DNA of 32,000 nt from Mycolicibacterium smegmatis (GTDB taxonomy: Bacteria > Actinomycetota > Actinomycetes > Mycobacteriales > Mycobacteriaceae): contig NZ_LN831039.1 of the NCBI RefSeq assembly GCF_001457595.1, positions 2,160,001 to 2,192,000 of the forward strand. The letters run 5' to 3'. The notes beneath the pieces are model-generated. The model searched no databases and was not told where the DNA came from. It saw only the letters and a program-made list of their open reading frames with translations. Of the stretch, positions 9,045 to 16,529 are shown piece after piece. The position numbers were made by a program, and so were the translations under genes. The stretch's first letter is position 1, and every line of letters begins with the position of its first letter.

Positions 9045-9114
9045 AAGAGGCATGTTTGAACAGCATATGCGAAGAAATTGGTCCGGATCGCGGTGCTCCT
9101 CAGATCCGACGACA

Positions 9115-9861
9115 ATGGCGCCCGTGCAGAAAGTCGTGATCATCACCGGCGCAGGCAGCGGGATCGGCCAGGCGACCGCCCAGGTGTTGTTGGATGCGGG
9201 CCATCATGTGGTGCTCGCCGGCCGCAGGGCCGACGCGCTGCGTGGGGTCGCGCAGGGCCGCCCGAACGCGCGGGTGGTGCCGACCGACGTCACCGACCCG
9301 GCGTCGGTGCGCGCGTTGTTCGCCGACGCGGTGGCGACCTTCGGACGTGTCGACGTGCTGTTCAACAACGCGGGAGTGTTCGGACCGTCGGCGTCGGTCG
9401 CAGAGATCGACGACGAGCAGTGGGAGCGCACATGGCGCACCAACGTCGACGGATCCGTGTTCTGTGCCCGTGAGGCCGCGCGTGTCATGTCCGAGCAACT
9501 GCCGCGCGGTGGCCGCATCATCAACAACGGGTCGCTCTCGGCGCACCGACCCCGGCCCAACAGCCTCGCCTACACCGTCACCAAACATGCCATCAGCGGT
9601 CTGACCGCGTCGATGCTGCTGGACCTGCGCAGCGTCGACATCTGTGTGACCCAGATCGACATCGGCAATGCCGCCACCAGCATGACGACGGGCTTCAGCC
9701 ACCAGACCCTGCAAGCCGACGGCTCACTGGCCGCCGAACCGGTCTTCGACGTGGTGCACGTGGCGCGCGCGGTGGCCCATCTGGTGGACCTGCCGTTGGA
9801 GGTCGCGGTGCCGTCCCTGACGGTGATGGCCCGCGAGATGCCGTTCTACGGTCGCGGCTGA
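9115..9861 (+). CDS. SDR family oxidoreductase
   Basis: TGAGSGIGQA, NNAG and YTVTK motifs. ATG 9115 is chosen over the track start at 9052. The 3' end overlaps the convergent P450 gene by 16 nt. Confidence 0.88.
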   Translation: MAPVQKVVIITGAGSGIGQATAQVLLDAGHHVVLAGRRADALRGVAQGRPNARVVPTDVTDPASVRALFADAVATFGRVDVLFNNAGVFGPSASVAEIDDEQWERTWRTNVDGSVFCAREAARVMSEQLPRGGRIINNGSLSAHRPRPNSLAYTVTKHAISGLTASMLLDLRSVDICVTQIDIGNAATSMTTGFSHQTLQADGSLAAEPVFDVVHVARAVAHLVDLPLEVAVPSLTVMAREMPFYGRG

Positions 9862-11063
9862 GGGACGCGCGTCAACCGCACCGGTAGCGACTTCAGGCCG
9901 TGCATCAGCGTGCCGTTGTGATACCGGAGTTCGGCGGTGGGATCGAGGGGGATGCTGTCGTAGCGCTGAACGATCCGCCCGATCGCGGTGACCCCCTCCA
10001 TGCGCGCCAACGGCGCTCCAAGGCAGTAGTGGATGCCGTGGCCGAATGCGATGTGTCCGCGGGTGTTTCGCTCGATGTCGAAGCGGTCCGCGTTCTCGAA
10101 GCGGCCCGTGTCCCGGTTGGCCGAGAGCAGCGACAGAAAGATCTGTTCGTTCGCCGGGACGACGACGCCGTCGACATCGATGTCCGCCGTGGCATAGCGC
10201 CATGTCGCGATGTTGACCGGACCGTCGAAGCGCAGGATCTCCTCGACGGCGCCTGCCGTCAGATCCGGGTTCTCACGGACCTTTTCGAGTTGTGACGGAT
10301 TGTCGATCAGGGCCAGCGTCCCGTTGCCGATCAGATTGACCGTCGTCTCGTACCCCGCGGTGATCAGCAGGAAGCACATGGCCATCAGTTCGTCGCGGGT
10401 CAAGCCGTGTCCGTCGACCGACGCGCCGATCATGCCCGACAGCAGGTCTTCGCCGGGTTCGCGGATCTTCTCGTCGATCACCGCGTTCAGGATCTCGATT
10501 GTCGCGCGTCCCGATTCCGCCTTCTCCTCGACGGTGACGCTCATCAGAAGCGGCGTGACAGCGGCCCGGAACGGTTGGGCGTATTCGACTGCCACACCGA
10601 GTAATTCGGCGATTACCTGGATCGGCAGCGGTTCGGCGTAATCGGCCATCAGATCGATCGGCTCGTCGCCGCTGCGCAGATCGATGTCGTCGAGCAACTC
10701 GTCGGCGATCGCATCGATGACGGGTTGCATGCGTGCCAAGGCTTTCGGCGTGAACGCCTGGACGACGAGCCGCCGCAGACGCGTGTGCTCCGGCGGGTCG
10801 AGGTTCAACATGTGGTTGTGCAACTGCGGTGAGATGTACGGCCGGACGCGGTCAGGGGCCAACCGGGGGAGTGCGCTGGTGTGATCCTTGCTCACGCGGG
10901 GATCCTTCAGCAACGCCATCACGTCGGCATACCGGGTCACCAGCCATCCGCGCACCCCGCCGATGAGTTCGACCTCGCACACGGGCGCCTCGGATCGCAG
11001 CATCCGGTAGAGCCCCTCCGGATCCTGCGCGAATTGTTCGTCCAGAATCATGTTGTCGATCAA
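9846..11063 (-). CDS. Cytochrome P450
   Basis: I-helix AGYETT, ExxR (EEILRF) and heme-thiolate loop FGHGIHYCLGAPLA. The TTG at 11063 has GGAGAAGCG just upstream. The first ATG, at 11051, is an alternative start. Confidence 0.92.
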   Translation of the reverse strand: MIDNMILDEQFAQDPEGLYRMLRSEAPVCEVELIGGVRGWLVTRYADVMALLKDPRVSKDHTSALPRLAPDRVRPYISPQLHNHMLNLDPPEHTRLRRLVVQAFTPKALARMQPVIDAIADELLDDIDLRSGDEPIDLMADYAEPLPIQVIAELLGVAVEYAQPFRAAVTPLLMSVTVEEKAESGRATIEILNAVIDEKIREPGEDLLSGMIGASVDGHGLTRDELMAMCFLLITAGYETTVNLIGNGTLALIDNPSQLEKVRENPDLTAGAVEEILRFDGPVNIATWRYATADIDVDGVVVPANEQIFLSLLSANRDTGRFENADRFDIERNTRGHIAFGHGIHYCLGAPLARMEGVTAIGRIVQRYDSIPLDPTAELRYHNGTLMHGLKSLPVRLTRVPQPRP

Positions 11064-11173
11064 CGCTTCTCCGCACCATCGTGATCCCCCGGGATCGGCC
11101 TGACCTCGTATGTGTAAACGCGTCGGTTGACCGGACCATTCGCAGCAGGTGAGGATGCTGACGTGTGGGTGCC

Positions 11174-11494
11174 GTGTCGTCGCGCTATGTGGTCAACTGC
11201 TCGATCCTGTTGACCGATCTGCCTCTGTTGCAGCGGCCTTGCGCCGCGCGGGCGGCCGGTTTCGAAGCAGTCGAGTTCTGGTGGCCGTTTCCCGACCCGG
11301 TGCCCGGCGACCGCGAGGTCGACGCGTTCGCCGGCGCTGTCACCGACGCCGGAACTCGCTGCTCTGCTCGCGCGACTCGGCGAGCGCGGCTACCCCGGAC
11401 ATGTGAGCCTGGAATACCGCGCCGATCAGAGTGCCGCCAGTTCCGATCCGTTCGCCTGGTTACCTCCGTCACAACGGCTCGACCCGTGGGCCTG
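11174..11494 (+). pseudogene. Remnant of a hydroxypyruvate isomerase-like (xylose-isomerase TIM-barrel) gene with a large internal deletion and a frame change
   Basis: The first frame encodes SSRYVVNCSILLTDLPLLQRPCAARAAGFEAVEFWWPFPDPVPGDREVDAFAGAVTDAGT, which is Hyi N-terminus-like. From about 11353 a different frame encodes ELAALLARLGERGYPGHVSLEYRADQSAASSDPFAWLP and then stops at 11492-11494, which is Hyi C-terminus-like. The central portion expected from E. coli Hyi is missing. Confidence 0.65.
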
Positions 11495-11535
11495 AGCAGT
11501 ATCGACAGGTGTCAGATGAGGGTCGCCGGACGGCT

Positions 11536-13620
11536 ATGCTCTCTGCGGTCTCGTCGGCGCCGACCCGCAACCGCCCAGGAAATTCATTCGTGCAGATAAC
11601 ACAGAGCCATCCGATCCTCGCGCCCGCTGTCGCGCGGCGAACCCGCGGCGATCTCTGCGGTCTGATCGGCATCGCGATCGCGTGGGTGGTGATCGGCCAG
11701 GTGTGGTTCGGTCAGGTCTGCGGCGGCGTCGACATCCTCTTGGCGCTCGCGGGTTTCGCCGCGGGCCGTCGTCTGCTGCGCACCGGCGGGGTGCGCGCCT
11801 CGGCGCTGTGGCTGATGCGCGGGTGGCTGCCCGCCCTGGTCGCGGTGATCGCTGTGTGCGCGGTGCTGACCGTGCTGATCCAGCCGCAGACCCGGTGGGA
11901 GGACTTCGCCGACCAGACCCTGGCGAGCCTGGGCTTCTATCAGAACTGGCAGATCCTCGGAACCGCCGACGACTACCTGCAGGCCAGTGAGGCGGTGACG
12001 CCGCTGTATCACCTCTGGCTGGTGTCGGCCGCGGGCCAGATCCTGCTCTTCGTCCTGGTGCTCGCCGCGCTGGTCGGCGCGGCGGCCCGTCGCGCGGCCC
12101 CCGAGCGCAGGCGCGCCGTCCTGGTGGCGTCGGTGGCAGTGGCGACGGTCGCGTCGCTGGTCTACGCGATCCTCACGCACACCGACAACCAGGTGCTGAC
12201 CTACTACAGCTCGGTGTCGCGGGCGTGGGAGCTGCTGGCCGGGGTGCTGGCCGCGGCATATGTCGCCCGGGTGCACTGGTCGCGGTGGGTGCGCTCGCTG
12301 GCCGTGGTCATCGGCGTGGCGACGATTGTCGCGTCGAGCCTGCTGCTCGACGGCATGCAGCAGTTTCCCGGCCCGTGGGCGCTGGTCCCGGTGGGTGCGA
12401 CCGTGCTGATCATCCTCGCCGCAGCAAACGGAGCGACGTGCGCGAGCGGCGTTCTGAGCAGCACGCCGATGACCGCCTTGGGCGCGATGGCCTACCCGTT
12501 GTACCTGTGGCACTGGCCGCTGCTGATCTTCTGGTTCGCCTACAGCAACAACGACACGGCCGGTCTGACCGCCGGAACGGTCGTGGTGCTCGCCTCGGTC
12601 GCCCTGGCGTGGGTGACATGGCGCGGCACCGAGCAGCGCTGGGGCCGACCGGCGTCACACACCGGGTTGGCCGTTGCCATGATCGTGCTGATGGTGGTCG
12701 CGCTGACCGTCACGTCGTTCGCGTGGCGGGGCCACGTCGCCGGGGTGCGTGAGAACGGCGCCGATCTCAACGCCCTGCCGCTGCGCGACTATCCCGGCGC
12801 GCTGGCACTCACCGAGAACCGCAAGGTCTCGAAGCTGCCGATGCGCCCCACGGCACTGGAGGCCTCCGACGACGTGCCGCCGTCGACGTTGGACCAGTGC
12901 GTCACCAACTTCCCTGACACCGACGTCACCGTATGCGTCTACGGAGACCCCAAGGCCGAGCGCACCATCGCGGTGGCCGGCGGGTCACACTCCGAGCACT
13001 GGCTGACCGCTCTGCACGCGCTCGGCCGCCAGCACGGTTTCCGCGTCACCACCTATCTCAAGATGGGCTGCCCGCTGACCACCAAAGAGGTGCCGCTGAT
13101 CGCCGGGCCGTTCGAGCCGTACCCCGCGTGCCGGACATGGGCGGACGAGGCGCTGCAGCGCATCATCGCCGACCGGCCCGACTACGTCTTCTTCACCACC
13201 ACGCGCCCGATCCTCAACGGTCCGGGCGACTACGTCCCCGACTACTACCTGGGCATCTGGGATGAGCTGTCTGCCAACGGTATCCGCATGCTCGGCATCC
13301 GTGACACGCCGTGGATGATCCGCGACGGGCGCTTCTTCGCGCCCGTCGACTGCCTGTCCGACGGCGGGGATCCCGACACGTGCGGCATGCCCCGTCACGA
13401 GGCCCTCGCGCAGCGCAACCCCACCCTGGACCACCTGGCCGACTACCCGCTGATGAGCGTGCTCGATCTCAGCGATGCGGTGTGCAGGCCCGACCGCTGC
13501 CGCGCGGTGGAGGGCAACGTGCTGGTCTACCACGACATCCACCACCTGTCCGCGACCTACGTGCGGACCCTCGCCGACGAACTCGGGCGGCAACTCTCCG
13601 ACGCCACCGGCTGGTGGTGA
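11536..13620 (+). CDS. Membrane acyltransferase family 3 (AT3) fused to a C-terminal SGNH-like domain (OafA/YrhL architecture)
   Basis: About 10 predicted TM helices (e.g. AYPLYLWHWPLLIFW), then an extracytoplasmic domain with GGSHSEHW (block I-like) and YHDIHHLS (DxxH block V-like). The start is uncertain: ATG 11536, or GTG 11590 preceded by AGGAAA. Confidence 0.85.
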   Translation: MLSAVSSAPTRNRPGNSFVQITQSHPILAPAVARRTRGDLCGLIGIAIAWVVIGQVWFGQVCGGVDILLALAGFAAGRRLLRTGGVRASALWLMRGWLPALVAVIAVCAVLTVLIQPQTRWEDFADQTLASLGFYQNWQILGTADDYLQASEAVTPLYHLWLVSAAGQILLFVLVLAALVGAAARRAAPERRRAVLVASVAVATVASLVYAILTHTDNQVLTYYSSVSRAWELLAGVLAAAYVARVHWSRWVRSLAVVIGVATIVASSLLLDGMQQFPGPWALVPVGATVLIILAAANGATCASGVLSSTPMTALGAMAYPLYLWHWPLLIFWFAYSNNDTAGLTAGTVVVLASVALAWVTWRGTEQRWGRPASHTGLAVAMIVLMVVALTVTSFAWRGHVAGVRENGADLNALPLRDYPGALALTENRKVSKLPMRPTALEASDDVPPSTLDQCVTNFPDTDVTVCVYGDPKAERTIAVAGGSHSEHWLTALHALGRQHGFRVTTYLKMGCPLTTKEVPLIAGPFEPYPACRTWADEALQRIIADRPDYVFFTTTRPILNGPGDYVPDYYLGIWDELSANGIRMLGIRDTPWMIRDGRFFAPVDCLSDGGDPDTCGMPRHEALAQRNPTLDHLADYPLMSVLDLSDAVCRPDRCRAVEGNVLVYHDIHHLSATYVRTLADELGRQLSDATGWW

Positions 13621-13700
13621 CCTCACTTCACTGAGCGATCTGCGCACCCGCGCGCGCTCAGCGTGACAAACCGTGTGCAAAACGCGTGGTCATCGCGTTG

Positions 13701-13792
13701 CGTGGGTTTGCTCTGCCCAGGTCTTGTTTACATCGTGGGTTAGTGCTCATAATGTGGGTGTAGTCGTGACCCGTGCCACAGCAGCGTGGGTT
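13701..13792 (+). repeat. Four direct copies of a CGTGGGTT-type motif bracketing the putative gntP-operon promoter
   Basis: CGTGGGTT occurs at 13701-13708, 13734-13741 and 13785-13792, each followed within 1-3 nt by GCTC. A variant, TGTGGGTG, occurs at 13753-13760. Confidence 0.55.
13724..13755 (+). promoter_or_regulatory. Putative sigma-A-type promoter of the gntP / CoA-transferase / lyase operon
   Basis: TTGTTT (13724-13729), then an 18-nt spacer, then CATAAT (13748-13753, which also reads TAATGT as TANNNT). It lies about 70 nt upstream of ATG 13822, in the least GC-rich part of the spacer. Confidence 0.3.
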
Positions 13793-13821
13793 CGCTCAAC
13801 CGCCCTCTAGGAGTTCCGCTC

Positions 13822-15276
13822 ATGTCAGAAACCGCAATAGTGATCAACACTGCGGTCGCAATCCTCGCGGTGGTCGTGATGATCGTGAGGTTCAAGTTCA
13901 ACCCCGTGGTCTCGCTCGTGGTGGGGTCCGCATATCTCGGCCTGGCCGTCGGGCTGGGGGTCGAGAAGACCATCGAGGCCATCACCACGGGTTTCGGCGA
14001 CATCATGGCCGAAGTCGGACTGCTGATCGCGTTCGGCGTGCTGATGGGTGCGATCCTGCAGCAGACCGGCGCGATCCAACGTCTGGTCGAGACACTGCTG
14101 CGATGGTTCGGCGCCAAGCGGATGCCGTACGCGATGTCGTTGACCATCGCGACCGCGCTGCAGTCGATCTTTCTCGATGTGCTGCTGGTCATCTCGGCGC
14201 CGCTGGCACGCAACCTCGCCAAGCGGATCGGCAAGAACGGCACGCCGCGCATGGCCGCGGCCATGGCGATCGGCCTGGAGTGCGGCATCGTGCTGACCGT
14301 GCCCGGTGTGGGCGCGCTCGCGCTCGCCGGCCTGCTGGGTGTTCCGCTCGGCAAGATGCTGCTGTTCGGTCTGTGCCTGGTGATCCCGACCGTCGCGATC
14401 GCGGTGGCCATCATGTCGTTCCTGTTCAATCACGGCTGGTGGGATCCCGCCCGCGACGAGCAGCCGTTCCTGGGTGACGAACCGACCCTCGGGTCGGACG
14501 GTTCGGAGGGCCCGCATGATTCCGCGACCGACGCGACCGACGCGACCGAGTCCGACGGTTCGGCTCCCGCGGCGCCGGCATCCTCGGGCGCCACCGCGAC
14601 GACCGTGAAAGCCAAGCGCGACACCGCAACCCAGGCCCCGCTTCTGCTGTTGTTCGGCCCGATGCTGGCATCGCTGGTGCTGATCGCCGCCGGGGCGATC
14701 CTCGACGCGGCCGAAATCGAGATCCCCGCGGTCAAGTTCATCTCGTCACCGGTGATCGCACTGCTGATCGGCCTCATCGGCACGAGCTTCGTCGGGCGCC
14801 GTGTCCAGGGCGGCAAGGCCGTCGAAGCCGCCATCGCCACGGGTTTCAAGGAGAGCGGGCAGATCCTGATCCTCACCGGTGTCGGCGGTTCACTCGCCGC
14901 CACGATCAAGGCCGCGGGCCTCGGCGACATTCTCGGTGAGTACTTCACCGCCAGCACCGCCGCACCACTGCTCGTGGTGTGGGTGATCGCCGCGGCCTTG
15001 CACGTGGCCGTCGGATCGGTCACCATCTCGGCGATCACCTCGGCGGGCATCCTGGCGCCCGTCGCACCGATCATCGGGTTGGACCCGGTCCTGATCGCAC
15101 TGGCCGCCGGCGCCGGTTCGCTGTTCGCCGTCCACGTCACGAGCAACACCTTCTGGCTGCTGCAGTCCCTGATGGGGCAGTCCACCCGAGGTGCGCTCAA
15201 GACCGTCACGGTGGGCGTGTCGGTGGCCTCGGTGGTCGCGATCCTGCTGCTGCTGCCTGCAAGCCTGCTGTTCTGA
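13822..15276 (+). CDS. GntP family (gluconate/hydroxy-acid:H+ symporter) permease
   Basis: MSETAIVINTAVAILAVVVMIVRFKFNPVVSLVVGSAYLGLAVG... and the C-terminal half (ILILTGVGGSLAATIKAAG...HVTSNTFWL) are typical of GntP permeases. AGGAG lies 8 nt before the ATG. Confidence 0.9.
   Translation: MSETAIVINTAVAILAVVVMIVRFKFNPVVSLVVGSAYLGLAVGLGVEKTIEAITTGFGDIMAEVGLLIAFGVLMGAILQQTGAIQRLVETLLRWFGAKRMPYAMSLTIATALQSIFLDVLLVISAPLARNLAKRIGKNGTPRMAAAMAIGLECGIVLTVPGVGALALAGLLGVPLGKMLLFGLCLVIPTVAIAVAIMSFLFNHGWWDPARDEQPFLGDEPTLGSDGSEGPHDSATDATDATESDGSAPAAPASSGATATTVKAKRDTATQAPLLLLFGPMLASLVLIAAGAILDAAEIEIPAVKFISSPVIALLIGLIGTSFVGRRVQGGKAVEAAIATGFKESGQILILTGVGGSLAATIKAAGLGDILGEYFTASTAAPLLVVWVIAAALHVAVGSVTISAITSAGILAPVAPIIGLDPVLIALAAGAGSLFAVHVTSNTFWLLQSLMGQSTRGALKTVTVGVSVASVVAILLLLPASLLF
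14524..14550 (+). repeat. 9-bp tandem repeat (GCGACCGAC x2 plus GCGACCGAG) inside the gntP central loop
   Basis: Read directly from the sequence. It encodes the ATDATDATE part of an acidic, Ser/Thr/Ala-rich loop. Confidence 0.9.
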
Positions 15277-15290
15277 TCTACGAGAAAGCC

Positions 15291-16529
15291 ATGACTGACA
15301 ACGCTATTCGCGACACCCCTGACATCCGTCCACTGGCCGGCGTGCGTGTGCTCGAACTCGGCAACTACATCGCCGCCCCGACCGCGGGCCGTATGCTCGC
15401 CGACTTCGGCGCCGAGGTGATCAAGGTCGAACGCCCGGGCACCGGTGACGAACTGCGCAACTGGCGCCTCTACGCAGGCAGCACCTCGATGCTGTACCGC
15501 ACGATCAACCGCAACAAGAAGTCGATCGTGCTCGACCTGAAATCCGAAGCGGGACGGGCGGTTGTGCTCGATCTGCTGCGGCATTGCGATGTGCTGCTGG
15601 AGAACTTCCGGCCCGGCACCCTCGAGAAGTGGGGGCTTGGGCCCGAACGTCTCGACGAGGTGAACCCGGACCTGGTGATCACGCGCATCTCCGCCTTCGG
15701 CCAGACCGGTCCGATGTCGGAGCGTCCCGGCTTCGCCGCGGTCGCCGAGGCGTACGGCGGGTTGCGGGAACTGGTCGGTGACCCCGACCGTCCGCCCGTG
15801 CGCACCGGGGTGTCCATCGGCGATTCGATCGCGGGCATCCACGCGGCCTTCGGCACCGTGATGGCGCTGTTCCAGCGTGAACGTGCCAAAGCGCCCACCG
15901 AAATTCCTCTGCCGCAACGGATCATCGACGTCGCGCTCAACGAGTCGATCCTGTCGGTGATGGAATCGCTGATCCCCGACTACCTCGCCTACGGTGTCCA
16001 GCGCCAACGCGTGGGCGGCCGCATGGAAGGGATCGCCCCGAGCAATGCCTACCCGTGCGCCGACGGCACCAGCATCATCGTCGCGGGCAACGGCGACGCG
16101 ATCTACCAGCGGTACATGCGCACCATCGGGCGTCCCGACCTGGCAACCGATCCCGACCTGCAGACCAACGTCGGGCGCTGGGCGCGCCGTGACGAGCTCG
16201 ACGAGGCGATCTCGGCGTGGACCATCCGGCACACCCGTGACGAGGCGCTCAAGCTGCTCGACGAGGCAGGCGTGCCGTCCGGCCCCATCTACACCGCGGC
16301 CGACATCTGCGACGACCAGCAGTACGAGGCGCGGAACATGATCCAGCACTTCGCCGTCGACACGGGCGGCGCCGAACCGCAGCCCGTCGGTTTTCCCGGC
16401 ATCGTCCCGGTCATCGGCGGGGCGTCGCTGCCGATCCGGAACGTGGGCCCCGATCTGGGGGAGCACACGCACGAGGTGCTCTCCGGCATCCTCGGACTCA
16501 CCGACGCCGAAATCGAGGCACTTTCATGA
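15291..16529 (+). CDS. Family III CoA-transferase (CaiB/BaiF family)
   Basis: LAGVRVLELGNYIAAPTAGRMLADFGAEVIKVERP..., DVLLENFRPGTLEKWGLG and GVSIGDSIAGIHA (catalytic Asp region) are characteristic. It starts 15 nt after the gntP stop. Confidence 0.92.
   Translation: MTDNAIRDTPDIRPLAGVRVLELGNYIAAPTAGRMLADFGAEVIKVERPGTGDELRNWRLYAGSTSMLYRTINRNKKSIVLDLKSEAGRAVVLDLLRHCDVLLENFRPGTLEKWGLGPERLDEVNPDLVITRISAFGQTGPMSERPGFAAVAEAYGGLRELVGDPDRPPVRTGVSIGDSIAGIHAAFGTVMALFQRERAKAPTEIPLPQRIIDVALNESILSVMESLIPDYLAYGVQRQRVGGRMEGIAPSNAYPCADGTSIIVAGNGDAIYQRYMRTIGRPDLATDPDLQTNVGRWARRDELDEAISAWTIRHTRDEALKLLDEAGVPSGPIYTAADICDDQQYEARNMIQHFAVDTGGAEPQPVGFPGIVPVIGGASLPIRNVGPDLGEHTHEVLSGILGLTDAEIEALS

Noticed and set aside
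9006-9114. Moco riboswitch upstream of the mod operon
   Set aside because: The spacer is only about 109 nt and is shared with a divergent promoter. I cannot recognise the conserved Moco-motif helices by eye. Only a covariance-model scan (Rfam RF01055) could settle this, and a hit would overturn the rejection.
9006-9146. Longer 181-aa version of the HTH-TOBE gene starting at 9146
   Set aside because: The extension (MMITTFCTGAIVVGSEEHRD...) has no HTH or other similarity and lacks a Shine-Dalgarno. It would also consume the whole divergent promoter spacer. GTG 9005 has a GGAGG upstream.
13628-13666. Intrinsic terminator after the acyltransferase gene (CTGAGCG ... CGCTCAG)
   Set aside because: It has only a 7-bp stem, a 17-nt loop and no T-tract. 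That is too weak to call, although some termination must occur before the gntP promoter.
14430-16472. 680-aa minus-strand ORF, the longest in this part of the track
   Set aside because: It is antisense to the well-supported gntP and CoA-transferase genes. It has low-complexity Arg/Gly/Asp/Pro composition, no recognisable motifs and no plausible ribosome-binding context.
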